A stretch of DNA of 64,000 nt from Lytechinus pictus (taxonomy: Eukaryota), in NCBI RefSeq assembly GCF_037042905.1, contig NC_087245.1:40674001-40738000 (forward strand), given 5' to 3'. Under the pieces are notes generated by a model that was not told the origin of the DNA, searched no databases, and saw nothing but the letters and a program-made list of their open reading frames with translations. Position numbers and translations under genes: made by a program. This document shows, one piece after another, positions 26,418 to 40,118 of the stretch. How positions within the stretch are numbered: position 1 is the stretch's first letter; each line of letters starts with the position of its first letter.

Positions 26418-26580
26418 CGGTATGGCCCAACGGATTCGTCTCCGGACTCGAATCCCATCAGCCATGGCGTAATTTCTTACAGCAGTAAATAATGATCCAA
26501 GAACTGAACCCAGTTGAGGTATAAATGGGTACCTCCCTCTCGCTGACAGGAATTGATTCCTTGAAATACTTGTGCGCTTT
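26418..26580 (+). mobile_element. Degenerate tRNA-derived SINE
   Basis: CGAATCCC...AGCCATGGCGTAATTTC...GAGGTATAAATGGGTACC matches the reverse complement of the 47643-47939 SINE. Confidence 0.55.
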
Positions 26581-27852
26581 AACAAATTTGACGTCCTATG
26601 CCAGAATTAAAAATATACACGGGTCCCTTTGGAAGGGCTGGGCTATACAGGAACTAAATATAGGCCTATTATTGTGAAAGTTTCTTTCTCACTTTAAGAA
26701 CATGAACAAGAATCTGAGTCGTCACACGTGTGGGCAAAATTCGCCGAAAATCAATCATTCAATATGTCATGATTTTAATCCCAAAATTTGTGGGTATTTT
26801 AATGATGGCGTTGAACTCGTGATCTCTCACACGGCTCGCTATCGGGGCGAACATGGCTGTCTATCGTGGCGGCAAAGAGCAAAGTTACAACGTTTCAAAA
26901 ATCAATTCTTTACGATGAAAGAGCGATCTTATTCCACCACATGAAATACCTTCCTCTGAGGAATATTAGTCCACGCTTAAGGCATTACCACGCAAGATTA
27001 GAACCAGTTCCACGAATGTTTGAATTTGGAACATCAAAATACGTTTGAATCTCATGATACTTTTTCTTGCATGTCAAATGTTTTCTATCACTTTCGCTCT
27101 GATTTCTTCTAAACCCAGACGTACTGTGTGTAGATTAATACCAACTGGATCGATGTGAAAATTGCATGTTCTTAGAGGAATTTAAGCGCAATATTCGACA
27201 TGTGTATCAGGTTCAAGGTCAAGGATAAATCGTCCGAAAATCATAACAACATGAATCAAAGAAGTTTTCTATCACTTTGAAAGGGAAAATGATATGTATG
27301 AATGAAATATGACCAATAAAACGATGGAAACGTTTCATGTGACTGTCGTAGTCTTTGAAATCAAGATGAGCTTTTAAAACGGAGGTGGAAGGATATAATG
27401 TAAAAATGCAATGATAGGTTCCGTTTCATAAAGACTTATTATAAAAACAAATTATGCAGTTTCTATAACAAATGTATGATCAGCCAATCAAATCGAATGA
27501 TTGCAGTAGCTTTAAACGGATATTGCAAAAGAATACTATAACATGTTTTATGAAACAGGCTCATGAAGACAGAAAATGAGAAGGAGTGGAGAGTTAGCTG
27601 GTTAATATACGTCATAGTTAGAGGCGGTGATAAGAAAAGCGGAGCGGGGGGGGGACAGAGAGAAAGTGAAAGCGTGTTGAGGGAGAGATGAAGGTGAGAG
27701 AAATAGAGAAAGGAAGAAAGGAGTGTGTGTGTGTGTGTGTGTGTAGGAGGGAGGGACGGGGGATGGGTGATTAAAATCAGAAAATGCTTAAAAGGGTGCA
27801 TTGCCAAGGTCGCGGGACATTAAGAGGAGGAAGACGATGAGTTCCAGGGACC

Positions 27853-28131
27853 CTAGGGCATTTTAGCAATCACTCCGCAAACACTTTCTATAACGCTGAA
27901 AATCTTTTTGTCAAAAGTCCTTCATAACAACGCTGCCTTTGTCGAAAATCAGTGAATCAAAACAGCAGTGCTGTCATCATTTGCAATTTTTTGGCCGTCC
28001 AACTCTTGATGAGACGATGTGCTGTCCTGGTCCACCAACTTTCGACAATGACCTCTAATTTGTCCAATATGATTTGACGGGCATTTTCAATAGATTCTCA
28101 ACGTTGCAAAAGTGGATGCTAAAATACGCTA
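27853..28131 (+). mobile_element. MITE, uninterrupted copy of the family that hosts the LINE
   Basis: TAGGGCATTTTAGCAATCACT ... AGTGGATGCTAAAATACGCTA imperfect inverted ends. Co-linear with 56752-56922 plus 61632-61770. Confidence 0.75.
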
Positions 28132-28167
28132 GTGTTCTCATTCCACCCCCCGTGTCCTGTTCCGGTC

Positions 28168-28401
28168 CACTGTCTGACTATAAAATCTGGAGTGTTAAAA
28201 CTGAAACCAGTTGGTTACCCCAGAGGACCACACCCTAAGGTGTTAAATTATACCGTAGTGATTGAGCAGAACACCAAAGAGTGTAAATGTAATAGCCATA
28301 TAGGTGCTATAAGATCGATGAATGTTGAACTAACACAAAAGAAAACACCGGAGTGAATTAACCGGTGTGATCTTCCGGTTAACACCACATCTTTTGCTGT
28401 G
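28168..28401. mobile_element. CAC..GTG MITE, ACACC-rich family (diverged)
   Basis: Aligns by eye with 15400-15638 (AGAGGACCACACCC, AACACCAAAGAGTGTAAATGTAA), same orientation. Confidence 0.75.
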
Positions 28402-29194
28402 TTTACTGTCTAATTGAGGGTGGAGGGGGCACGCCCCTGCCCCCCTGTGGTACAACATATATATTCAGACCCTGATTGTAATCCGAATAGACGGAAAGGC
28501 GTTCGCTGCCTGCTCGCCAAGAAATAAAAGCTGGAAGTCAATTACGGCTGACGTGCTTAGCAGGGGACCGTCTATACCAACTTGGACATTACTTCGCCCC
28601 CGTCCTCCCGGCCTGACAGAGATTGGACGCCCGCTAGGAGCTCGCGTGCTGCTCATTTATCCTTTTGAAGTATATCTTAAAGGGGAAATATTAATTGATG
28701 TAGCTGATAAAAATGAAAATGCAATAGTGGTACACAGTGTCAACGAAAAATTATTCTTATTTTGGTATTAAGGAAATGGTGATCACGCCTATTATAGTTA
28801 TTTTTAAAAAATCGTATGAACTTGATTCTGATCAAACAAATTTAAGGATTCTAAAATATTTTTTTAACCAAAATTGATAATAACGTTTTACTTTAATTAT
28901 ACTAGCCAATCTTCATGTTATCTATGTAATCCTTAACTATTTTTGACATTATAATTCCTCTTTATTTTCATCGTTACGAGCGTCATAAGAAAATAGCTTT
29001 AATAAATATTACCAACCTTCGAAAAAGGGGACTTAAATGGTGCATTGTATATAGGGGATTGAATGGGGGGGGGGGGGGGGTCCATTCTGTTGGTTCAAAG
29101 AAGATAAATTTACATTTCGTTAATTCATCATTATATAGGGCTTATATTTTTTTAAAATCATTTCCTGGACATCTACTCGTCCTGGTAGTCTATA

Positions 29195-29524
29195 CCACCA
29201 TCATCATCAATGTAATTACCTCCATCACCAGTGCACCATGATCCTCATCTATTCGTCCTTATCAACATCGTCATCATCATCATACAAACTACCACCATCA
29301 TCAGCGTCATTATCACCATGACCACCATCAACATCATTATCAACATCACCAACATCACTATCATCATCAACATCATCATCATCATCATCGTCATCATCAT
29401 CATCGTCGTCATCATCCTCATTAACATCAACACCATGATCATCATCATAACCATCATCACCATCATCATCATCATCATCATCATCATCACCACCATCATC
29501 ATCATCATCGTTAACATCATCACC

Positions 29525-29555
<31 letters not shown>

Positions 29556-29622
29556 TCCTCATTAACATCACCATCATCATCATCATCGTCATCATCATTA
29601 ACATCACCACCACCATCATCAT
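29195..29622. repeat. Long imperfect (CAT)n microsatellite
   Basis: Direct reading; it produces the spurious poly-Ile and poly-Met ORFs. Confidence 0.92.
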
Positions 29623-29783
29623 CTCAGGAACACTCCTACTACAAATGCCACCTCCGTCATTTATCCCCATATCTTCGCCTCTGATCAACAGCGACGGAAA
29701 GCCAAGCAAGCGGTTCACTCTGGAATATCGCTATCATCAGATGATATGAACTCATCACATTATCGCTGCCCATCGCCCACAGC

Positions 29784-29855
29784 TCCCATATGGTCTAGTG
29801 GTTAGGATTCGGCGCTCTCACCGCCGCGGCCCGGGTTCGATTCCCGGTGTGGGAA
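29784..29855 (+). tRNA. tRNA-Glu (anticodon CTC)
   Basis: Identical 72-nt sequence to the copy at 14896-14967, with a T9 terminator at 29858-29866. Confidence 0.96.
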
Positions 29856-30169
29856 CATTTTTTTTTCATGCATGTACATGATTGTTCGAGCCTCTTCCAC
29901 CACAGTTCGTCTAATCATAGACCCTACTACGAAGTAGGTACATGGTCTAATCGTGTGTTAAGCCCGAAATGCAAATCATTTTAGTCGTTTAATCTTCATT
30001 AGCCTTCCTTAAATGATTACATAATTATATTTTCTTTCTCACTACAAAGTAGAGTGAATTGATATCCTGATTTGTTTTTCTTCGCGTAATCAGCGTTAGA
30101 TATGAACCAATTTTCATGAAAGTAGACGCTGACTCAGGTATTATTAAAAAAGGTCAAACATCGACAACA

Positions 30170-30430
30170 GACGGTGTGTTGGCTCAGTTGGTAGTCCGTC
30201 CGTCTCACAACCGGGAGGTCGGGAGGTTCAAACCCCAGCCGTGTCAGACCAAAAGACGTTAAAAGATGGGAGTTGCTGCTACCATGTTTGGCGTTCAACA
30301 ATTAAAGGGATAGAGCCTCGTCCATCTGGCGCTGCACATTGGATGATCAATTGGGCAAAGCAGATTTTCGGAGTATTTCATTTTATGTATATTTCGAGCA
30401 ATAAAATATGGATTTTCATTTTCATTTTTC
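30170..30430 (+). mobile_element. tRNA-derived SINE (separate family)
   Basis: A-box TGGCTCAGTTGG, B-box GGTTCAAACCC, no acceptor stem, 3' AATAAA and (TTTCA)n tail. Confidence 0.75.
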
Positions 30431-32728
30431 AAATTATCAATGTCATTTTAAGAAAGTGTTTTATTAACACAAGGCATGCCTAATGAATGAGCGTTAGAAT
30501 CATATTTTTTATTTTAAGATTTTCTTAGTTATGAGTGAAAGTCGTTCTTGCCCCCCGTCCCCAACATTGTTTTTTCATGAGGTATATTCTATTTAAAAAA
30601 AAGGCTACTGAAACTTTTTGTCCCCCCCCCCAACTTGCTCTATATGCTTCAATTCATGGCCTGCTATTAAGGCCAAGAGCTATACAAATTTTCATACGAA
30701 TCAGGAAACAGAGACAAAACCATTTCAGGAATAGCCCATGCACATATACATGATAATATAGGGACAGAGTCGGACGTACACACTAATGGCATTGTACATG
30801 ATATATAATGTGACCACGCAACAGATAGCTTCTGTCCTTGTGTGTCTCATAGCACATTATCCCAATTTTTTTGTTCTCCTCTGACATCTTCTTGCATATT
30901 ATATACACTCGAATCTGTGTCTGCGGTTGACTTGTTATGCTCAATCCAAGCTCAAAATGTCCTCAACCCAGTATACCCCAAAGAAATAAGAACAAAGCCT
31001 TGGCTTGCAAATCAATAGCCGAGACAAAGGACACAATGTCGTACCAAAAGATGGCAGCATTGTTGCAATTGACTCGCGAGACAACAAACGACACTCGCTC
31101 GTAAACAGATCTATCGAAACGTGTTTGTGGAGCGTTAATTACAAGCGCAATTATCAATTTATGTTCCGATCGATGGACGACAATACGAAATGTACTTCAG
31201 GTGTCAAAATACTATTGTGATTTGGCACGAGAACAAAGCGCGCTTTCGACCATAAAAGCGTTGGAACTGTTGAATAATTAATTAGCTATGATGCATGGGG
31301 TACTGCAGTCTGTGAGCTTGCCATTGAGAACTGTGAGATAGATCAGCTGTGAGTGAATGTCGCTTTGCAGTAATATGCGAATTATCATCTGTATACTATT
31401 TTTGAATTATTTTCTTTTTTATATTTATGTTTTTATTATAAATTGAAATAAATCACAAAATTTACAAATGATTATTAGGTGATTGCATAATTGTAGACAC
31501 CTATAGTTAGTATCAAGCTGCCCTGGTACCTTTCAAGAAACTGAATATTATTTTGCAACAGGCTCCTATATAATTTGCAACATATCAAAGTGGTTTCTGA
31601 TTGTAGGGACCTTTTTATTTCACATTGGCTCGTGTCGTATGTTGTAATTGGAAAGGACCATGATATTATATTACTGCACCCTTCAAATTGAAAAGGAGGG
31701 CTAATGGAAGAAAAAGCGTTTGTTTCAGTAACAGTATTCTTACAGTCGAATCATAGTCATTGACTTCCAAATCTACTTTCACACACTGGTGCTTATTAAC
31801 CACTCACGGTGATATGCAATGGCATTGATGATCCATATCAGTTAGGTGTGCGTTTATATAACCACTCATGCGCGAGTAAGACATTTTCTTTCGCCGTTCT
31901 TCTTGTTTTCTTTTCATGAAAAATGGTTACAAAAGACTTTCTGATCAACATGATCAATGCTAATATAATTATATCATAATTAATCCTTTGTGATATCATG
32001 GGGAATGTAAAGACATTTTCATTCATTGCGTGTTAATCAATGGCTGTGTTCAAAACAATGCACGAAATGTAAAACATCTTGCTAATGTCTGCCATTGCGC
32101 ACTACCAAAACGACTTATCATACATCAACTCAGAAATCGATCGGATCGATCGCAGACTACCCGTCGATACCGACACAATAGCAAAGCCCATCACCGATCG
32201 ATAGCAGGGTGAACATTTTATCTATCGGAGCGCAAACAGAAGGAGCGGCTACCACACGGGATCGATATGGACCAATTCAGATCGCTTCGCTCCACTTACA
32301 ATGAACAATCATCGCCGTGAGATCGATAGGTGCTTTTTATGTAAAAGAATCGGTGTGAATACAGCTATAGAGCTTTACTTGTAGAACATGAGCGTAACAT
32401 AAGACGTTGGTGGCCAAGATTTGTGGAAGACATTATCAGACGACACATATGAATGGATCGGGAAAATCGATACCAGCCGATGGCAGACCTTGAAAGAGTA
32501 AGATTTGGCCCATGAACTCAAACAGCGATCGGGCATCGGCCTTATATTAACTATTAATCACTCCATCGAATTGGAGCTCATGGATCGTTTGCAGTCTATT
32601 TACTTTTAAACAATAGTAAAAAAGACTGCAAATTAGGTAAAATAATATATTATTGACATCGCCATCATCATCATCATCTCCACCATTTCCTTAATCTCCA
32701 CTTTCCACCCTTACCATCATCAGTATCA

Positions 32729-32800
32729 TCTTGATGGAGGAATCGTTACGGTGAAGTGGATTTGTCTTGATGGAGGAATCGTTACGGTGAAGTGGATTTG
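32729..32800. repeat. Perfect 36-bp tandem duplication
   Basis: TCTTGATGGAGGAATCGTTACGGTGAAGTGGATTTG twice, followed by a degenerate SINE head (GGGTTCGAATCC). Confidence 0.9.
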
Positions 32801-33074
32801 TAGTGGGTTTTTAAGCAGAGGGTCGTGGGTTCGAATCCTATATCCGGTGTTCATCTCCTTCAACATTAAAAATGATCAACGTTGTGCTGCTTTCGATCAA
32901 GCTAAAGGGAATGTGTAGCCAGGAAGAGTTTTTCTTTGAATGTTTTAGCGCCTATGGTAGCAAAGGTATTACCCGGATGTAAAATATTATTGGAAAGTAG
33001 TACTAGGCCTATAGTTATGCCCATAGTTGATTTCCTATATACACCAGGGTGATGAATAGACCAAATGTTGATTG

Positions 33075-33077
33075 ATT

Positions 33078-33109
<32 letters not shown>

Positions 33110-33191
33110 AACAATAATGATAATAATAATAATAACTGTTATTATAACAATATTACTATTACTACTACTACTACTACTTCTACTACTACTT

Positions 33192-33224
<33 letters not shown>

Positions 33225-33266
33225 TTACTACTACTAATAATAATACTACTTCTTCTTCTTCTTCTT

Positions 33267-33311
<45 letters not shown>

Positions 33312-33320
33312 ATTATCATT
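33075..33320. repeat. Compound microsatellite (CAT)(AAT)(TAC)(TTC)
   Basis: Direct reading. Confidence 0.92.
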
Positions 33321-34159
33321 AAGTGTCATTACTATTTTTTTTATTTATGTATTTATTAAAAATCAATGCATTGCATACAATACACAATATATAAACAAAT
33401 CTCCAATTTTTAGGAATAAAACAGATCAAAGAAAATTAAGATATATACACGTGATTGAAATTATTTGAAGAGAGGAAAAAATGATTACAACAATAATAAA
33501 AAGGCAGAGTAAACGACATAAAATAGACAACAGTAAATTAAAAAAAATAAACCTATGAAGTGTCATTATTATTATTTTCACAATCATTGTCATAACCATT
33601 GTTATCATCATCCATATCTAAAAACCATGCATGAGAATTATTGAATTCCCCATCCTCTGTATATGTGTATTGCGCTGATGGAAATTTAAAAAAAAAAAAA
33701 AATTCAGATACCAAATTATCAAACAAAGATGAATGCATAGATAAAGGCAAAAGAAGAATGAGATGATTTTCTATCAAATCTTATTTGTCTATATTAATCG
33801 ATGGTATGTTATGTATGAAATTAAATGATAAGAAATATAATGAAAGATCAAATATCATGAAATATATATTTTTGCTGATATCATCGCTTCCAACCTAACT
33901 AGATTTAGATCTCCTTCTTTGTACAGAGTCAACACTACTTTATCGAAACAATCAGAATTCTTTTTTTTTTTGCTTGTCGTGACGAAACGGTTTCCAAGAC
34001 TGCAAAATGCCTGAAATACTTCAAACCGGAGAATAATCGATTTTCATTTATTTACATGGTCTTTTTTGTTTGTCATCATATACCACAGTGGATTTATCAA
34101 CGATCTCATCAATGTTTCAAAATACGATTGAGCGCATTAATACTAGTCGACCCGGCGAA

Positions 34160-34178
34160 AGTAGTAGAAGTAGCAATT

Positions 34179-34215
<37 letters not shown>

Positions 34216-34359
34216 AAGTAGTAGTAGTAGTAGTAGTTGTAGTAGTAGTAGTAGTAATAGTAGTAGTAGTATTAGAAGTAGCAGTAGCAGCAGTAGTGGT
34301 AGTAGTAGTAAGTATCAGAAAGTAGCAGCAACATCATCATCATCATCAGCAGCAGCAGC

Positions 34360-34406
<47 letters not shown>

Positions 34407-34471
34407 AAGTAGAAGTCTGGAAGTAGTCGAAGTAGTAGTAGTAGTAGTAATAGTAGAAGTCTGGAAGTCTG

Positions 34472-34552
<81 letters not shown>

Positions 34553-34587
34553 ATAGTAGAAGTAGTAGTAGTAGTAAGTCTGGAAGT

Positions 34588-34619
<32 letters not shown>

Positions 34620-34666
34620 TAGTAGGAGAAGTATAAGTAGTAGAATAGTAGTAGTAGTAGTAGTAA

Positions 34667-34699
<33 letters not shown>

Positions 34700-34750
34700 A
34701 AGTGTGTTTTAGTAATAGAAGTAGTAGTATAGTATCATTAGTAGCAGTAG
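34160..34750. repeat. (GTA)n microsatellite with AGTCTGGA interruptions
   Basis: Direct reading. Confidence 0.92.
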
Positions 34751-35354
34751 TTCTACCACTTATTCTACTATTACCTCTATTATTGTCATCATCATCACCA
34801 CCACTACCACTACCACTACCACAATAATCATTACCATAACTTGTTACTATTGTTGACTTTAACCACCAATGCCCATTTAGAGAACCAATAATATTGCTGA
34901 TTTTTATGGTTGCATAGGTATAGATCTCATGCTCTATATAAAATTTCGTGCCTATGTAAGCCACTGTCATCTGAATTCTATCAAAAATGAGTTAAATATC
35001 CTGACGAAACTGTCTCCAAGCCTACAAAATGATACCAGTAGTTCAAATAAAAGTCAATTGATCTGATTTAATCGAGAACATCAAATGCAATGATACAAGT
35101 AAACATCCATAAAGATCCAGTTATATCTTTTACACTGCGTTACACAAGAATGTCCTCCAAAACATTATTCAGAAAATACAAACATAATATCAGACAAACA
35201 AAAAATTAAACAATCGATAAATGTCATTAACAAACGAATGAACAAGACAAAAATATCCAGAAGTGAACTAAGCGTGAAAAGATTTCTATTAGATTAGAGT
35301 TATAATTATGATTCGATGAAAGTCTGTTTTTATCCAATATGTCTGTCACTATAC

Positions 35355-35385
35355 TGTACACACACACCCTCACACCCTCACTCAC

Positions 35386-35448
<63 letters not shown>

Positions 35449-35575
35449 ATCCCTCATCCTCACACACCAGCAACCTACACACCCACACACATACATAACC
35501 AAACATCTATACAAATATGTTCATGAATATTCGATTTTTACATACACACACTCCCACACACACACACACCCTCAC
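35355..35575. repeat. (CA)n microsatellite
   Basis: Direct reading. Confidence 0.9.
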
Positions 35576-38439
35576 AGAAAGGAAATTCTTGAAGTCAAAA
35601 TGTTCAATAAACCACCGTGAATACTGAACATGCTGAAACCACACACAAAAAAATCATTTCTCTCTAAAATATGGAAATAAATGGACTCTATGGGAAGTAT
35701 TTAAGATAAAACTAAGTTTAAAAAACAAACGAAGCTGGAATCATCGAGAGAAAACTTCGGCTTTGGAGAGATTTCCAAGAGCTCACATTCATGACACGTT
35801 AAATCAACACAAAGATTATGTCCAGGATGAAGTCGTGCCTTCCACAGTCAACCTCGTATGTTCATATTTGTCTAAAGAAGCTGGAATTATTGTATGGAAA
35901 GCCTCGCCGATTACGCACTCCGTCCCCCAGAATGAATAACGCACATTCTTCCCACATCCTCAGTCTATAGACGTGACTGCACAGTAATATTGATGTTTAA
36001 AATTGTACACAACGTTGCTTACTTTATGAACTTTGCATAACAATTTTAAACAACCATGTTTAATTTATTGAAAATTAAATAAAACAAAAATCAAACATAG
36101 TTGTTTAAGATATAAACAACTATTGGACGGTTCATTTTTATTAAAGTAGACAGCGTTGTATGAAAAAATAAACAACTTTTATAGACGGGATCGATTTCCA
36201 GGGCACAATTAGTGACGAAACAGAAGAAAAATGTTTTTGTTTCTGATTTTTTCGATAAGGAACCCCTAAAATGGCATGTAATTATGGTATTTGTGTTTCT
36301 CTAATTGTTTTTTCAACGATTATATTACAGAATAAGTTTGAAATCGAATGCAAGAACCGACAGTTGACCTGAAAGTATGCATATTCTGTCATCGGTTACA
36401 TGATAATAAATTACATTGAATATTTTGCACGTAGAATAACATTCACAAATTAATACAATTGTAATGTTTCGTCTCATTAATAAAAACAAAATGCGTAAGG
36501 TATCTCACTTTACATTTTTTCATGAGTAACTGATCTTTAATGCAATATCCCTAAGACGGAATGATTAATAAATAAAAGGAAGATGTGAAAAAATAGAAAT
36601 ATGAAGACACATGAACAAAACCTAGTTAATTAGTTAAATTGTTAATTCCTCATGAAAATCGTACGTCAGAGACCGATGAGCTGAATTATCGAAGTAGGAG
36701 TTCTTTCAAAGCGTTGAATCTGGTATTCTCTTTATTCGTGTAAATGCAGACGTTGCGATTTATGTTGTTCAAAACAGTGGCAAACCTTAAGAACCTTATC
36801 AAGGAGGGCAAGCATTTTCTGATAGCCAAAAAAGGAAACAAACGGGGGAAAATCATCGAAATCCGACATTAAAATTTATGTGAATGGGAACTCTGCCCCC
36901 ATGCTGATACGTTATTGGTTTAGTGGTGACTTAGCGTTACAAAATATTGATTATTTATCTAGGCTTTGACGATAGTTACATTTCAAGGAGGTTGAACGGG
37001 AAGAAACTTAACATCACGACATTAAAAAAAACTAAGTCGCATGTTTTATTCCATTGGCTTTCTTTTGGACGAAGTTTGATGTGTACACGGCTAATGGAAG
37101 GCAAAGAAAGAAGCTTTTGTTTACATCTTCCGTGAAGGTGCGAAAAACTCCTCCTCAACATCCGTGCATCGTGTTGACAACCGAATTATCGAAAGTACTG
37201 TCCACATTGACAGCTCAAACTCTCTCTTTTCGTCTCTCTCACTCTCTCCCCCCTCTCTCTCTCTCTATATATATTATATATTTTTTCTCGGCCTTGGTGT
37301 ACTGAGCCAAACATTTTGAGGGGACCAAGTATGGCGTATGGGGTAAAAGTTATGAAAAGAGCGAAGCGACCGAGCAAAACTTGCGACCCCTTAATATAAA
37401 AATCCTTATTTTTGTGTAGATTTTTACATAATATTCAGAAATTAATGTATAATTTCACACATTTTCCATTCCTTTTCTTCCCTTTTTCTTTATTGTAAGT
37501 CATGAAAGTTAATTGGGTCCATGGCCCCGTGCAAGCCCCCATATCCGTACCCTCTCTCTTCCAATCATTATACCAGTATTTATCCTGTTCGTGATATCTC
37601 GCTTTCTATCTCCAGCTGATCTGTCTTGAATTATTATGACTGATCGTTAATTTCTTCACCCCTTTTCTCTACCTCTATAGATACCCCCTCTTTAATACCG
37701 ACAACTTAAGTGGTTTTGATAATGGGCTATGTTTCGTGAAAAATAACAAAAAGATGCTTTCACCAGTTGCATAATGAGTAAAAAAAACCATGGTGTATGG
37801 GACAAACTTTCGAAAATTCGCGAGCGAGCGAAGTGAACCAGCCAACAAATTGACATTTTAATAGGAAAAGCTAATTTTGTGATAGATTTGGACAATATAC
37901 AGTATTAAGAAAATATTTTAGCTTTATAGTTCTTGTTGGCATGATGGTACCATTCTCGCGACGTCGTGGACATCTTGACCAAAAGGCGATTGCCAATGAA
38001 CTGCTACAATTACACGATTAAAAAAAAATCGAACAATTGAGATAATCAGGATACAAATATTACCTGTAGAGTGCAATCATCAAAGTGGGTCAACTAAATT
38101 AATTAAACTGCAAATTTCGTATAAGAGTTAGGCAGTCAAACCCAGTCATTTGCGATAATCAAATCACTCGCTCCAAAAACAGGGGTAACATCCCACCTCC
38201 CTTGCCTAATGTATTCATGTCGTTGGTGATCCGACGTGCCTTATCTATGGTATCGAGACTCCCAATTTAGTGCATTTTGAAACCAATAGGGACAATTATA
38301 CTCTGACCCTTGTTATAAATGTTGGGGGAAAACATTGTGTAGTAACCAAGCAAACTTTAGGAGCTGGTATGAAGAAGTTGGAGGAGACGGAAGAGGACGG
38401 GTGGGGGGGGGTCGTCATTGGGAGTACCCTACCGCTGAA

Positions 38440-38550
38440 GTGTCGTAGTGTATAATGGATCTGTACCTATCCTAGTATTCAGTGAGTCGTGGGTTCGAAT
38501 CCCATCGAGATTCTTGCTCGCATCCTTTGGCAAGGCGTCAACCCTAACCC
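38440..38550 (+). mobile_element. SINE 5' fragment
   Basis: GGGTTCGAATCCC B-box followed by CCTTTGGCAAGGCGTCAA, as in the SINE at 45129. Confidence 0.65.
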
Positions 38551-38604
38551 TTTCCCCATATGTAGTGCCGCCATGCGAAACATTAATCACCCTGACTTGA
38601 ATCC

Positions 38605-38746
38605 TGGCCCCGTTGCATAAAAGCAACCCTTATGGTAACTTTGTCATGCAATGGTAACTGAATGGAATCCTGGATTCTGATTGGCTGTTGATCAGCGTTA
38701 CCATGGCAAAGTTACTATAATAGCAACTTTTATGCAACAGGAGCCC
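38605..38746. mobile_element. Short palindromic MITE with CCAAT core
   Basis: GGCCCCGTTGCATAAAAG ... CTTTTATGCAACAGGAGCC ends with a central CTGATTGGCTG. Related copy at ~11140-11270. Confidence 0.65.
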
Positions 38747-39604
38747 TAGTCATTTTGACAAGTTAAGCGTGAGGTCTGTTCCTATGATGCTCTGTATAGC
38801 ATACGTAGAATTCTGATCAGTGTAAATTTTGAAATCTTGCTGATGATGCCCAGAGAATTCAGTAAAGTTGCATATAATTGGATTAATTTCTAAAAGCGTA
38901 GCTCACTATATCAGTCTTAAAGTTTGAAAGTTGCCCATCGGGTAACCCCCACTGGATTTACCGCCAGTCGTCTGCGACCGATCGTAGCCAAGTCTCCCAA
39001 TTCACATACTCACTGATGTTACCACGGTGAATCAACAACGCCTGTCCCCTTGATGTGAATTTATGACCCTGGGATTCATAGTTCATGATTTTTGTCGAAA
39101 AAAATGTATCTTGTGGAAAAATGACGTGTTAGCAAGGCAACCTTTGCACATAGTGCAACCCAAGCATAATACAATTTAGGTTTAATGTGATAAACGTCAG
39201 GTGGATTTCATGAGAATCCGCACGATTTCATCATTCGAGAATGAAAGTGGAATTTTGACATTAAAAAAAAAGAAACGAAAGAAAGATCTATTTTAAAAAA
39301 AGATTACAGAAATATTGTTTTATGAATGTATTTAAGGGGAAGGAACAACAATGATGCTCATTTATTTTCATTTTTTTTTCAAAACCAATTTATACCGTTT
39401 CTCTATATCATTTCACGCGCGTCTGTGTATGTGTGTTTATGAGGGTGTGCTTGTGGGGGGGGGGGCTGAGAATCTAGGGCGTCCACCTTCCCCTTCCTGT
39501 TCTGCCCTGTAAAGAATGTTTTCTCTCCGTAAAAACGATAACAGAACACAATAACATGAAATAGTGGTACAGAAATGGTATGTCGAATATTTAACTATAG
39601 ACTA

Positions 39605-40118
39605 GAGAGCCACAGAGGTGACATGACATTTACATGACTAACCAACTCGTTCCCTCGACTTACTAACTCGTTCCCTCGACTTACCAACTCGTTCCCTCGA
39701 CTATATATAACTCGCTCCTTCGATTCAAAAAGTTGTTCCAAATGCTTACTTGCTAACGGGGGATACAAAATTTAAGGAGCGACTAGGTACGTCGAGGGGG
39801 AGAGTTAGTAAGTCGAAGGAAAGAGCAAAAAGTCGAGGGAACGAGTTGGTGAGTTGAGGGAACGAGTTGGTAAGTTGAGGGAGCGAGTTGGTAAGTCGAG
39901 GGGACGAGTTGGTAAGTTGAGGGAACGAGTTGGTAAGTCGGAGGAACAAGTTGGTAAATCGAATGAGCGAGTTCGTGAGTCGAGGGAACAAGTTGGCAAG
40001 TCGAGGGAAATATTTGGTATGTTTAGGGAACGAGTTGGAAAGTTGAGAGTACGAGTTAAATGTCGAGCAAACGATTTATGAAATAAAAAGCACGTTCATG
40101 TCACCTGTGGGCTTCGTA
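39605..40118. mobile_element. Foldback element with inverted 21-bp tandem arrays
   Basis: AGGTGACATGA ... TCATGTCACCT termini. Left arm (ACTCGTTCCCTCGACTTACCA)n and right arm (AGTCGAGGGAACGAGTTGGTA)n. Confidence 0.8.

Noticed and set aside
29231..29749. Long ORFs (poly-Ile/Met/Ser/Val/Thr) here and at 12057-12486, 15040-15324, 33035-33359 and 34056-34970
   Set aside because: These are translations of trinucleotide microsatellites.
14896..29855. Recent large inverted segmental duplication between the two tRNA genes
   Set aside because: The flanks are not homologous, and the shared repeats (15400/28168, 17050/25980) are in direct rather than inverted orientation.
30170..30245. Additional tRNA gene (likewise at 45129 and 38440)
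   Set aside because: A and B boxes are present, but there is no acceptor stem and the sequence continues into a SINE body and tail.
39746..40081. Heptad-repeat ORFs
   Set aside because: They are by-products of the 21-bp tandem array in the foldback element.
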